Positions 1 to 13,484 are shown, numbered from the stretch's first letter. The stretch: 64,000 nt of DNA from Octopus sinensis (GCF_006345805.1 NC_043026.1:7564001-7628000), one strand, 5' to 3'. Notes: generated from the letters alone by a model not told the origin. Program-made: numbers and translations.

Positions 1-878
1 TTGTAATTAGCACAAGTGAAACCGGTCGACTATATAAGCATTTATTCTCATGAAAATCTATATTTTCAGTGCATTTTCCTTCTTTTTATATTTTTCACTA
101 CAATTCACCATATGGAGGAAAGAAATTTTCATTGAAGCTTGTTCATAAAAAAACACACACACATGTAATTATATATATATATGTTTGTGTGCGTGTGTAT
201 ATATATATATATATACATATGTACATATGAAGTTGTTATTTGTAAATTAGAAACAGCCAATAACCTTGATGCTGCTAAAAGAACTCAGTGACTTGACACA
301 AGATGCAGAATCTAAATGTTTTATAAAACAGAAATATGGACTGACTGGGACTTCGAAGTTAGGTTGAGACTGGAGAAACAAACAGGAGGCAAAAAGACTA
401 TAAGAGAAAAAGATGGAGGTGGGAGGCTTCAAGAAAGAAAAATAATTTTGAAGACCCAAGGGGGAGGAGGGGTGGGTGACAGAAAGGTGTAGCAAGGGTG
501 GGGGGAGGGGTGAAAATTAAGAGAAAAAAAGAAATGAGGTTTCATAATTATCTTACATAACGAAAGAGGATGACGAAGCCAGGCTGTAAGAAAATATAAT
601 AATATATATATATATATATGTGTTTATACAAGTGTGTATACAATAACACACGACATATAGACAAACATAGTGGTGAATACATTCATGTGTGTGCATATAT
701 ATATATATATATATACATACACATACATATATATATATATACATACACATATATATATATACATACACATATATATATACATAAATATATGAGAACATAT
801 GTGTATATATACACACATATTAACTTGTATGTATGTGTGCATATCTGATACAACCAATGTGTGAATATATATTCATAC

Positions 879-1248
879 TATTATTATTATTATTACTTTT
901 GGGTTTTTCTTCTTCTTTCAAATTTGCTTCCATTTCTTGCCGAGTGTCTTCCCGACTCCTAGGGCAAAGAAACTCATAGTATACATTGGTAGGCCATTAA
1001 ACTAAACTCACTAGTTTGTTCATTTTTTTTTTTTTTTAAAGTTAAATTAAATATATGGGTAGTAATAGTTCTCACATCGACAATGCTCTTCTCAATACGT
1101 GTGATGTACCAGTTAAGACAATCTTTTGCACTTCCTGCAGGGATGGTAAGCCAGGGATCATTCTCATATAATTTTCGGTTCCCTTCTTGATTATTCCTAG
1201 TGCTCCTACGATCACTGGTATTGTAACCGCCTTGAGATGCCATTAAAG
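879..1248 (-). mobile_element. 3' fragment of R4/Dong-like non-LTR retrotransposon (C-terminus, 3' UTR, (AAT)n tail)
   Basis: Minus frame not in the ORF track reads WHLKAVTIPVIVGALGIIKKGTENYMRMIPGLPSLQEVQKIVLTGTSHVLRRALSM* (stop 1072-1074), alignable to the C-terminus at 29963-30202; ends in (AAT)n at 879-895. Confidence 0.85.
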
Positions 1249-1408
1249 TGGTGAGCTGGCAGAATCGTTAGCTCCCCGAGCAAAATGCTTAACTGCATTT
1301 CATCCATCTTCACGTTCTGAGTTGAAATCCCACTGGGCTCAATAAATGAAGTACCAGTGAAATACTGGGGTCAATGTAACCAGATAATCTCCTCACCCCA
1401 AATTTCAG
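1249..1408 (+). mobile_element. tRNA-derived SINE, family C here (head GGCGAGCTGGCAGAA.CGTTAGC), partial
   Basis: Matches head and body of copies at 7901, 34482, 43480 and 58850. Confidence 0.75.
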
Positions 1409-1628
1409 GCATGGGTTGGACGGTTCGACCGGGGATCTGGGAAGCCAGAAGGTGCACCAAGCTCCAATCTTGATCTGGCAGTGTTTCTACAGCTGGATGC
1501 CCTTCCTAACGCCAACCACTCCGTGAGTGTAGTGGGTGCTTTTACGTGCCACTGGCCTAGGGATCACAACTACAATTTCTGTTTGATTTTGAGATATATA
1601 TATACATATATTACAAACACACACATGT

Positions 1629-2025
1629 ATAGGCGTGGCTGCGTGGATAGGCAGAGGTTGCCTCCCAACCACATGGGTCTAGGTTCTGTGTGGCACCTTG
1701 GGCAAATGTCTTCTATTATAGCCTCTGGTTGGCCAAAGCCTTGTCAGTGGATTTGGTAGACGTAAACTGAAAGAAGCCTGCTGTATATATGTATGTATGT
1801 GTGGTGTGTGTGTATGTGTAAGTCTGTGTTAGTCTCCCCACCGTTGCTTGACAACTGTTGCTGATGTGTTTACATCCCCATAACCTAGCTGTTCAGCAAA
1901 AGAGAGCGATAGAATAAGTACTAGACTTACAAAGAATAAGTCCTGGGGTTGATTTGTTCAACTAAAGGCGGTGCTCCAGCATGGCTACAGTCAAATGACT
2001 GAAACAAGTAAAAAAATAAAAGAAC
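1629..2025 (+). mobile_element. tRNA-derived SINE, family A here (bipartite, internal TA/TG microsatellite)
   Basis: GTGGCTG.GTGG..AG head, GGTTC..GTCC box-B-like motif, conserved tail ...GCTCCAGCATGGC..CAGTCAAATGACTGAAACAAGTAAAA; more than 20 copies in the window. Confidence 0.85.
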
Positions 2026-2032
2026 ATATATA

Positions 2033-2460
2033 CCTGGCTGTGTGGTAAGTAGCTTGCTAACCAACCACATGGTTCCAGGTTCAGTCCCACTGCGTGGCAC
2101 CTTGGGCAAGTGTCTTCTTCTATAGCCCTGGGCCGATCAATGCCTTGTGAGTGGATTTGGTAGACAGAAACTGAAAGAAGCCTGCCGTATATATGTATAT
2201 ATATATATTATATATATATATATATATGTGTTGTGTGTGTTTGTGTGTCTGTGTTTGTCCCCCTAGCATTGCTTGACAACCGATGCTGGTGTGTTTACGT
2301 CCCCGTCACTTAGCGGTTCGGCAAAAGAGACCGGTAGAATAAGTACTGGGCTTACAAAAAGAATAAGTCCCGCGGTCGAGTTGCTCGACTAAAGGCGGTG
2401 CTCCAGCATGGCCACAGTCAAATGACTGAAACAAGTAAAAGAGTAAAAGATAGTAAAAGA
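2033..2460 (+). mobile_element. SINE family A, full length
   Basis: Near-identical to 36263-36662 and 44766-45215. Confidence 0.9.
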
Positions 2461-3193
2461 GTATGTATGTATATATATATACACACGCATATAAGTGTAT
2501 ACACATCTGAGCGTTTCTGTTCTGCTGATGTGACGAAGGAAGGTTCTGCAATATTTTGTGGTTGGTGGTGGAAGAAGGAATTGCGTTGCTAAGCACATTA
2601 ACGCTGTTAGTGAAGCGACTCTAACGAGGCTCGAAACCAGGCCAAAGTTCCGGTTCACTGGCGTCTTACCATTGTAGCAGAACGAGTAGCGAGTACGTCA
2701 TGTGGAATCTCACATCTTCATATGTCTGTACGGGTGGATGGGGTACGGAAATATGAATGGATGTGTGCATATTTGGATGGAACAGACAGGGAGAGAAAGT
2801 CATTCATAAAAACACATACATGCTAATGGCATACGTAAGCAGCAGAGAGAAATACATCATACAGAGAAGCATATCATATTATATATATACACACACATAC
2901 ACATATATAGCAGCGTTGTTTTGGAACGTAACACCTATGATAATCGAGGGATTACTGTAAATATATAAATATGTCATCATCATCATCATCATCGTTTAAC
3001 GTCCGTTCTCCATGCTAGCATGGGTTGGACGGTTCGACTGGGGATCTGGGAAGCCAGGAGGCTGCACCAGGCTCCAGTCTGATCTGGCAGTGTTTCTACA
3101 GCTGGAAAATACATGTATGTATGTATATTCATATATATCATCATCATCATCATCGTTTAACGTCCGCTTTCCATGCTAGCATGGGTTGGACGG

Positions 3194-3234
<41 letters not shown>

Positions 3235-3375
3235 TAGATAGATAGATAGATAGATAGATAAACAGGCAGACAAATGGATAGGTAGATAGATATGGATAAA
3301 TATTCTTTTATTTGTTTCTGCCATTTGACTGTAGCCATGCTGGAGCACTGCATTTAGTTGAACAAATCAACCCCA

Positions 3376-4475
3376 GGACACAAGAGGTGCAGCAATGTCA
3401 AAGGAAGGCTAACTGGGAAGATAGTTTTTGTATGTGGCAGATGCTCAGGAACAATAAACCCTGAAAATGTGCAGAGACCAACTTCCGCTGCATTCCAGGG
3501 AGAAAAACTAGAAATAGTTGATAGCTTCTGTTACCTAGGTGACCAAGTCAGTAGCGGGGGCTGGTATGCTGAAAGTGTAACTGCTAGAGTAAGAATATCC
3601 TGGGCAAAGTTCAAAGAGCTCTTACCTCTGCTGGTGACAAAAGGCCTCTCACTCAGAGTAAAAGGCAGACTGTATGACGCATGTGTACGAACAACCATGC
3701 TACATGGCAGTGAAACATGGGCCGTGACTGCTGTGGATATGCATAAGCTCGCAAGAAATGAAGCCAGTATGCTCCGATGGATGTGTAATGTCAGTGTGCA
3801 TACTTGACAGAGTGTAAGTACCTTGAGAGAAAAGTTGGACCTAAGAAGCATCAGTTGTGGTGTGCAAGAGAGACGTTTGCACTGGTATGGTCATGTGGCG
3901 AGAATGGATGAAGATAGTTGTGTGAAAAAGTGCCACACCCTAGCAGTTTAGGGAATGTGGAAGAGGTAGACCCAGGAAAACCTGGGACGAGGTGGTGAAG
4001 TACGACCTTCGAACATTAGGTCTCACCGAGGCAATGACTAGTGACCGAGACCTTTGGAAGTATGCTGTGCATGAAAAGACCTGGCAGGACAAGTGAGACC
4101 ATAACCCGTGGCCTCTACACGGGATGTAGTCAGTCCACTTATGCATACCTTTCCTTCTTGGGACACAAAATTCTGCTTGCGAAGACTTGTTGAGGCAAGT
4201 GAAATCGAAATCGATCAAAAATCAAAGGAAATTGCAGTTGTGATACCAGTGCCGGTGGCACGTAAAAGAACCAACCGAACGTGGCCGTTGCCAGCCTCGC
4301 CTGGCACGTAAAAAGCACCCACTACACTCACAGAGTGGTTGGCGTTAGGAAGGGCATCAAGCTGTAGAAACACTGCCAGATCAGACCCGAGTCTGGTGCA
4401 GCCTCCTGACTTCCCAGACCCCGGTGGAACCGTCCAACTCATGCTAGCATGGAAAACGGACATTAAACGATGATG
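3376..4475 (+). mobile_element. 5'-truncated RTE-clade LINE (end of RT ORF, long 3' UTR, (GAT)n tail)
   Basis: HKRCSNVKGRL...FVCGRC, LEIVDSFCYLGDQVSSGG, RVKGRLYDACVRTTMLHGSETW, then RLHWYGHVARM and GRPRKTW with in-frame stops; the 3' UTR ends TTAAACGATGATG. Confidence 0.92.
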
Positions 4476-4875
4476 ATTCATGGTTGATGCAACGATCACA
4501 TGCTACACACGTTCCTTCCAAGCACTGCAGTGAACAGCAGAAGTGAGCTAGAACATTAAAACTTAGTGCACATGCACGGCAGAGTTGAAGATCAATCTGT
4601 GTGACAAGTGGCTTCACTCTGCGTGCCTTAGCTTCATTTCTATGGCAACATTCCGGATACTTAATGATCAGCCCACGTAAAAAAAAAAAGTATTAACCAA
4701 TGAGTGAGACCTCTACATGGTAGCTAGACTTGTTAGAAATAGCAGCCAGGTCTCCCTCAAATCACACCCTACGGTCTTATGTATGCACATAGAAGCCAAT
4801 GAGAGAGACCTCTAGATGGTAGCTAGACCTGGTAAAAATAGCAGCCGGGTCTCTCTCAAATTGCACCCTACTGAA

Positions 4876-5277
4876 ATCTTTTCACTTTGACCAGCTGATT
4901 TTTAAAATAATTTCTATGTAACTAAAAAATTTTAAACTTCATACACTGGTAGAATGTGTTTACAAAAACATCTTTTTCTCTTGGCTTTCTTGAGAAAATT
5001 CTGTAGTTTGTAACATATTTGTTGTTTAATTTCTTGCACTTCGGCAAAAAATGTTATGGCAGAAATCGTTTTCACCTCAATAGACGTCATTGATTGGTTG
5101 AAATTGCCGAAATGCAAGAAATTAAACAACAAATATGTTACAAACCACAGAATAATTTTCTCAATAAAGCCAGGAGAAAAAGATGTTTTATAAACACATT
5201 CTACCAGTGTACGAAGTTTAAAATTTTTTAGTTACATAGAAATTATTTTAAAAACCTGCCGGTCAAAGTGAAAAGAT
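4876..5277. mobile_element. Foldback MITE with about 170-bp inverted arms
   Basis: ATCTTTTCACTTTGACC...TTCGGCAA (4876-5047) is the near-perfect reverse complement of TTGCCGAA...GGTCAAAGTGAAAAGAT (5104-5277). Confidence 0.85.
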
Positions 5278-5799
5278 CCTCCTACTCTCTTATGTATGTA
5301 CATAGAAGCCAATGAGAGAGACCTCTACATGGTAGCTAGACCTGCTTGAAACAGCAGCCAAATCTCCCTCAAATCACGGTGTACTTTCTGAAATAAAAAA
5401 AAAATGTAAGACAACAAGATCCTAAATTTTTTGATGTATATTAAAATAACGTAGATGGTCACGTTTGGAACCTCTTTGATCATCCTATACATCAACTGGA
5501 TCACATATACACACATACACCCTGCCGCCACCACCACCACCCCCTTGCTACCACACACAACTCCATGCAACACCCTGCTGCCTTGTCATCAGGGTACAGT
5601 TATCTTTACTGACTGTTGAAGTCTCTGGGTATCAGGTGGCGAGGGGTGGAGGGGGAAGATTAGAGGTTGGGCAGGGTGGAGGTTAGAATTGGTGGTGGTG
5701 GTTGGCGGTGGGAGGGAGGGTGGTGGCAGTTGAAGAGGTCCCCTGTGTCTCACTGACATGAAATATAGAGGTTTACAAGAGTATTTTTATGGCGGCAAC

Positions 5800-6290
5800 G
5801 GTGGTCATGGTGGTGGTGGTGGTGGTGGTGGCGGTGGTGAAGGTTGCGGTGGTGGTGGTGGTGGTGGTGGTGGAGGTGAATGTTGTGGTTGGGGGTGGTG
5901 GTGGTTAGGGTTATGCAGTAGTTTCTCTGTAAAGGTGATGGCTCTGACACACCTACATCACCAACACCACCACAACTACCACCAGCACCACCACCGCCAT
6001 CACTATTGCTACTACTTACAACTGTGACCACAACCAATACCACCCCTACAACTACTACCACAGCTACAACTACTACGACTACCACCACCACTACTTCTAC
6101 AACAACAACAACTACTACTACCAACTCTGACACCACTTTCACCATCTCCACCACCATCATCATCACCATTACTACCACCAAAACCACCGAGGACTACAAC
6201 CACAACTACAGCAACTGCTGCTGCTGCTGCTACTACTACCATCATCACTACCGCCAAGACAGCCAGGTCACCAACCACCACTACCACCAT
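5800..6290. repeat. Compound trinucleotide low-complexity block, (GGT)n followed by (ACC/ACT/GCT)n
   Basis: Seen directly; source of poly-V/T/G/H ORFs. Confidence 0.9.
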
Positions 6291-6710
6291 CAATGCCGTC
6301 CCCCCTACACCCTCACAGCTTCTTGAAAACACCAGAATCTCACCAATATCTGTTGTCTCCAAGACACCTCACCCCCCTACACCCACACACACCCCTGCAA
6401 ACCAGCCCTCCCACCCACCAGCCGGCCAGCAGGCAGCCAGCCAGACAATCCCCTCCCCCTCTGCATTTCTACATAAATGGGATCTGTTCCTCTGGCTACA
6501 CAGCCAGCCTGTCCCCCCCCCTCAAACACCACTACCCCCATCGCCTCCACATCAACTCTACATCATTCATACCTACGACATGTATGTGTGTATGTATATA
6601 TATATACACACATATATATATACATATATATATATACATGCATATATACATACATACATATATATATATATATAATACACACACTATTTATAGAGAGAGA
6701 GATATATACA

Positions 6711-6767
<57 letters not shown>

Positions 6768-7251
6768 TATACACCACCACATATATATAAATATATATAT
6801 ACACATATATGTATAATATATATATATGTATATATAATCTATATATACACACACATACATGTATATATATATGCATATATATATACACTTCCAATACTAT
6901 ACAATTATTGGCCTATTTTATACCCACCCTTTCAAACTCCAGCTATTTTATATACACACATAACCACACTCCGAGACATACAAACAAACAAACACACACA
7001 TATGTATACATGTATACATTTGCTTGTTTTTTTCTCCTGCTTGTTTCAGTCATTTGAATGCGGCCATGCTGGAGCACTGCCTTTAGTTGAACACATCGAC
7101 TGCAGGACTTATATTTTTTGTAAGCCAAGTACTTATTCTATCTCTTCTTGCCGAGCCGCTAAGCTACAGGGACATAAACACACCAACATTGGTTGTCAAG
7201 CCATGGAGGTGGGGACAAACACAGATGCAGAAATACATACATACATATACT

Positions 7252-7492
7252 CTCTTTTACTTGTTTCAGTCATTTGAATGTGGCCATGCTGGAGCACTGC
7301 TTTTAGTTGAGCAAATCGACCCAAGGACTTATTCTTTGTGAGCCTAGTACTTATTCTATCGGTCTCTTTTGCTGAATCGCTAAGTTATGGTGTCATAAAC
7401 ATACCAGCATCGGTTGTCAAGTGATGTTGGGGAGACAAACACAGACACACCCACATATACACCCCATATATAATATATATTATATATATATA

Positions 7493-7534
<42 letters not shown>

Positions 7535-7700
7535 ATATATACGACAGGCTTCTTTCAGTTTTCCGTCTACCAAATCCTCACAAGGCTTTGGTCGCCTGAG
7601 TCTATAGTAGAAGACATTGCCCCGGTGCCACGCAGTGGGACTGAACACGGAACCATGTGATTGGTAAGCAAGCTACATACCACGCAGCCACTCCTACACC
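7252..7700 (-). mobile_element. SINE family A (a partial tail copy is adjacent at about 7029-7240)
   Basis: Reverse complement of the family A consensus. Confidence 0.85.
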
Positions 7701-7900
7701 TATATATATATAGTAAAGTTTCCATGCTTATTGTATTCAGAAGTGCTCAGATAAAAGACCTCAGATGCAAAGGTATAAAAAAAATGTTAATGAGAATTTC
7801 AGAGAGGTTCAACAATTTATTTATACCTATATTCTGCCATGGATCAATGTATTACAGTCCTTGAAATATACCAATGTATCATAGAAGTAATACATTACTA

Positions 7901-8317
7901 TTGTGGCGAGCTGGCAGAAACGTTAGCACGCCGGGCGAAATGCTTAGCGGTATTTCCTCTGCTGTTACATTCCAAGTTCAAATTCCGCCGAGGTCGACTT
8001 TACCGTTCATCCTTTCGAGGTCGATAAATTAAGTACCAGTTACGCAGTGGGGTCGATGTAATCGACTTAATCCGTTTGTCTGTCCTTGTCTGTCCCCTCT
8101 GCATTTAGCCCCTTGTGGGTAGTAAAGAAATAGGTATTTTCGTCTGCCGTTACATTCTAAGTTCAAATTCCGCCGAGGTCGACTTTGCCTTTCATCTTTT
8201 TGGGGTTGATAAATTAAGTACCAGTTACGCACTGGGGTCTATGTAATCGACTTAAAACCTTTGTCTGTCCTTGTTTGTCCCATCTATGTTTAGCCTCTTG
8301 TAGGCAATAAAATAATA
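7901..8317 (+). mobile_element. SINE family C with internal tandem duplication and 18-bp TSD
   Basis: Flanked by AGAAGTAATACATTACTA (7883-7900) and AGAAATAATACATTACTA (8318-8335); the body repeats from about 8132. Confidence 0.9.
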
Positions 8318-8704
8318 AGAAATAATACATTACTAAATCCCTCAGAGAGATTTATGCAGTAGCAGCACAATAAAGTGATGGTATGTTGTTGGGTTAAACA
8401 ACAGTAGCATTCTTCCCTTTCATGGGACTGTCCCATTAAGTTGACAACATATCATCACTTTACCAATGAATCAGTCGTTAAAATATTAAAACATATTAAA
8501 AATTCAGTTTCCGTCTGCCAACCCTCTAACAAGGCTTTGGTTGGCCCGAGGCTTATAGTAGAAGACACTTGCCCATGGTGCCACGCAGTGGGATGGAACA
8601 TGGAACCATGTGGGGTTGGGAAGTGTCTATGCATTATATATATAAATATATATACGTGTTTGTATGCCTGTGTATGTGTGATTTACCTATATATATAAAT
8701 ATAT

Positions 8705-8925
8705 ATATAACGGGAAGCTTTATGAAAATAGACAAAAGACGAAGGCAGGTGGAAAACAAACGAACAATTGTATTAGTATGGCGCTCAGGAAATATAAATA
8801 AAACAAGTCTTTAACGTTTCGAGCCTACGCTCTTCAACAGAAAGATACACAGAGAGAAAAAAAACACAGAAAGAAGGAGAGAAAAAAAATGCGTGCAGTA
8901 GCTAACGAATCAACATGGCATCTAT
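8705..8925 (-). mobile_element. Penelope-like terminal repeat fragment with degenerate hammerhead motif
   Basis: Shares GCGCTCAGGAA and AACGTTTCGAGC...GCTCTTC with 35850-36045; CTG.TGA...GAAAC core on the minus strand. Confidence 0.5.
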
Positions 8926-9854
8926 GTATGTATATGTATATACACATATATATAAGTAAACACTCACATACATACATACACATACATGCACACATATACA
9001 AATACATAAAAACAAACATTAATATTATATATATATGTATAAATGCATACCCAGAGACTTCAATCATGTCCCTCATGCCATACAATGATAGTACTTGTAG
9101 AGAACCTCCCCACCTCATTTTATCACTGCCCTCCACTCCTCCATCCCATTAGTTCCCTCTTCCTGGGGAGAGAGAGAGAGAGAGAGAGAGGTGGGGAGTT
9201 GATCTTTGAGTGGCAAATACAAAACACTCTTATTTATCACCTTCAGTTTCTTGCCTTCCATTTTAGCTAAAAACTCCTGACCTCTAACACATCTATCAAT
9301 TGTTTTTCTTTTTCAAAATTTGTGGGTCACTTAATACTAAGTGACTCTGTATCAGAGCCACTTTGCACATAAATGGAGGGTTGGGGTGGGGCAATAGCAT
9401 CATTGTATTTCAAAATTAAATACACACCATTAAAGACATTATCTTCAGTGTTTTTAAGCTTTCAAAATTTCGCTCAACTGATCTTAGCAAGCTTATCTCC
9501 CTTGCCTGTATTATTGTAGGGGATGTTTTTTTCAAGATTTAACACTATTACTTTGAGTTTTTGTTTACTAATTGCTAATTGCTAGTCAGCTGACTAAATA
9601 CTTTTCAACTCACTATGCTACCATTGTGAAACCTTACTGAATGTGTGTGTGTGTGTGTGTGTGTGTGCATGTGTGTTTGTGTTTATGTATGAATATATAT
9701 GCATATATATATATATATATATCTCACAGTATTACAGTATCGACCTGAATATCAGAAACTGCTATACCTTGCTGATCACAATGCGCTTTACATTGTTTTT
9801 GCTTTTAAATGATGCCACCCCACTGGTTAGGCAGGCCAACATTACCCCTGTATA

Positions 9855-9933
<79 letters not shown>

Positions 9934-10493
9934 CATACATATACAGGCACACACAAACTTGGAAGAAATAAAGAAGAAACAAATGTTTGAGGAGAAAGCA
10001 ATGTCCTATGAAGTGTGTATATATTCAAATGTTTTATATGTGTGTGTGTGCGTATACATACATTCACACTTAAGCATGTACAATCTCACACACACACACA
10101 CACACACACATACATACATATATATACATATATATATATATGCAGGTATACGGCATTTATATATATATATGTGTGTGTGTGTATGTATGTATGTATGTAT
10201 AGGTATGTATATATGTAGATGGTGTGTATATAGCCATGGTTATATACATTCATCCAAAGGCTGTTATCCACTTGAGTGTTCCTATTTTTCTTTCATCTGT
10301 GATGCTATCTTTGGGTGTATATACATGAGTGTGCGTAGATTTGTGTTCGTACACACTTATACATACCTACTTATATACATGTGTATGTACAGAAATTTCA
10401 TACATACAATGTATATATGTATGTATGTATATATATACATATGTATGTGTGTGGTATGCATATGTTTATATATATATATAAGTATACATATAA

Positions 10494-10536
<43 letters not shown>

Positions 10537-10548
10537 GTGTGTGTGTGT

Positions 10549-10592
<44 letters not shown>

Positions 10593-10641
10593 ATATATAT
10601 ATGTTATATATATATATACACATGTGTGTTTGTGTGAATTT

Positions 10642-10676
<35 letters not shown>

Positions 10677-11669
10677 CACATGTACACACACATATATACA
10701 TGGGTTGTAGATATATACAGCATACATATACACCGTCCTTGACTCTCTTTTTCTCCACCCTGATCCCTCTCGTCTTCATCTAAGGTATACACACACACAC
10801 ACACACATACATACATGCATACATATACACGCATGCACACACACACTCATGTATATAAACACACACACACAGAGACAGTACCAATCCACTTAGGCATACC
10901 AAAGCATTGGGCTATTGAATGATAAACACCCTGGATAATATAAAGACAAGCATTATTTGAATTGTGTGTAGAAGATTCCTTTCACACACACACACTCACA
11001 CGCCCTATATATATGTATGTGTGTGTGTGTATTTATATGTATATATACATATATATATGTCTGTGTACAGATTTATATATACATACATATATGTATGTTG
11101 TATATACATATACTTGCCTGTGTAAATATATGTATATATATATATATATATACACATATGTATTGTGTGTGTATATGTATATATATGTGTGTGTATTTAT
11201 ATATGTACATTTATATGAGTGTATGTACATGTATATATTCATAAGTGTGTTTGTATATATATATAGATAGATAGATAGATCTTTGTGTGGTAAATGCAGA
11301 CATGCATGTACACAAGCACACACACACACACACATCACACAACCACACAAACACCCACACGCAAAACACACACACACAGACACACCCACACACATGCACA
11401 CATACAGACACTCACTCACACACACACAGAGATTAGATCTAGGTCGGCCATAAGTACATCTCGATTAGGCAGTGCTTTGTAGAGAGAGACCCCCTTTTGA
11501 TAAATATAAGGGGTCGTGGCCCCTATAGGGAGTAGCAGGGAGCCAGACTCATCTCGACCCTACCTTCCTGTTGAAAATCTCATTAACTTTTCCCCCTAGC
11601 TAAGCAACATGTGTGAGTGTGTGTGTTTGTGTACATGTGTATATAAATATGTGCCTATGTATATATGCT

Positions 11670-11713
<44 letters not shown>

Positions 11714-11999
11714 TGTATGATTATATATATGAGAGTTGTGTGTATACAGAGGTGTGTATAACTGCTGTGTGTATTGAATAGGAGAAGGCCGACCCATGGG
11801 AAGAGAATAAAGTGTAGTATTCTACTGTGACATCCTCTCAGCTTCACTGTAAAATATTGTAGCCATGACTTGCTCTCTGCTTTCTGTCTGTCTGTCTGTC
11901 TATGTATGGCTGTGTACATGTATGTATGTATGTACGGAAACCACACATGGAGCAAAAGGGCAAAAGCTCGCTTGATCTCAATTTTCAGTACTGACACTC

Positions 12000-12170
12000 T
12001 TGGGAGTGGTTGGCATTAGGAAGGGCATCCAGCTGTAGAAACCTTGCCAAATCAGATTGGAACCCTGTGCAGCTCTTGAGCTTACCAGTTCTCAGTCAAA
12101 CTGTCCAACCCATGCCAGCATGGAAAACGGACGTTAATGGATGATGATGATGATGATAATGATGATGACA
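12000..12170 (+). mobile_element. RTE 3'-UTR-only insertion (family B)
   Basis: Homologous to 4330-4475; ends in (GAT)n. Confidence 0.8.
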
Positions 12171-12520
12171 GGCGATGACAACAACAACAACATAATGTCA
12201 AGAGAAGGACTCACCCCCCCACACACACACACAACGAAGGTGTTCAAAAACTTTGAAGAGGATCTTTTAAAACATCTTAAAAGTCCCAAGGTGCAAATCA
12301 CACCTTTCCAAACCAACTCAAACGAACATTTAACATCTCTGTGCAAATCCAGGTAAGTTGCTTGTCTCCTCTGACGAAACACGGAATGTATACAACGTAG
12401 GTGTGTTAGTCACACTCAGTACATTCTACACAGCTTTTATACACTAACGTAAATATTTATAAGGAATCTAGAAATAATGCTTTCGAGTCCATTAATATAG
12501 AAGCTAAAGATTTATCTGAA

Positions 12521-12940
12521 CATCATCATCATCATCATCGTTTAACGTCCGTTCTCCATGCTAGCATGGGTTGGACGGTTCGACTGGGGATCTGGGAAGC
12601 CAGGAGGCTGCACCAGGCTCCGGTCTTATCTGGCAATGTTTCTACAGCTGGATGCCCTTCCTAACGCCAACCACTCCGTGAGTGTAGTGGGTGGTTTTTA
12701 TGTGCCACCTGCACAGGGGCCAGGCAAGGCTGGCATCGGCCATGGTCGGATTGGTGCATATTATGTGCCACCGGCACGGAAGCCAGTCGAGGCGGCGCTG
12801 GAATCGGCCACGATTCGGATGGTGCTTTTTACGTGCCACCGGCATGGAAGCCAGTCGAGGCAGCGCTGGCATCGGCCACGATTCGGATAGTGCTTTTTAC
12901 GTACCTCCAGTCCAGGGGTCCTGGCATCTGCCAGGTGCCA
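12521..12940 (-). mobile_element. RTE 3'-UTR insertion (family B) with expanded internal tandem unit
   Basis: CATCATCGTTTAACGTCC start on plus, followed by about 4 copies of a 50-65 bp unit TTTTA.GTGCCACC.GCA. Confidence 0.85.
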
Positions 12941-13114
12941 GTCATATGATTGGTTCAATTTCGATTTCGAACAACAAAAGAATAATTGATTGGGTCGAAT
13001 GCTTGGCGCCTGGCCCTCTTTTATAATGTTTAACCCTTTTGAGACACATGGTGTGAGTTGCCAAAAAGACCAAAATGTGTTTTCTGATGAGACTGAAATT
13101 GATGGGTGCATGTA

Positions 13115-13236
13115 GAAAAGAAAGGACCTATTCTTTCAGTCTCTGTTGCTGAACCACCAGGTGATGGGGATGTAAACAAACCAACATTGTTTATCAAGTG
13201 ATGGTGGCGGGGACCAACACAGGCATGCAAATATAT

Positions 13237-13272
<36 letters not shown>

Positions 13273-13435
13273 ACACAAGACGGGCTTCTTTCAGTTTCCA
13301 TCTAACAAATCCACTCACAAGGCTTTGATCAATCCGAGGCTATAGTAGAAGACACTTGCTCAAAGTTTCATGCAGTGGGACTGAACCTGGAACCCTGTGG
13401 TTGGAAAGCAAGTACTTACCACACAGCCATACCAG
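13115..13435 (-). mobile_element. SINE family A
   Basis: Reverse complement of the family A consensus, more diverged. Confidence 0.8.
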
Positions 13436-13484
13436 ATATATACATAAATTAATTGAAGTGTACAGTATTATATGTGAATGCACA

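Noticed and set aside
247-495. Short open frames near the window start
   Set aside because: No recognisable motif, no convincing splice pair, purine-rich low complexity.
974-1243. Protein-like ORF MASQGGYNTSDRRS... with an apparent GTGAGA donor
   Set aside because: Shadow frame; another minus frame encodes the R4/Dong-like C-terminus (IPVIVGALG...GTSHVLRRALSM*).
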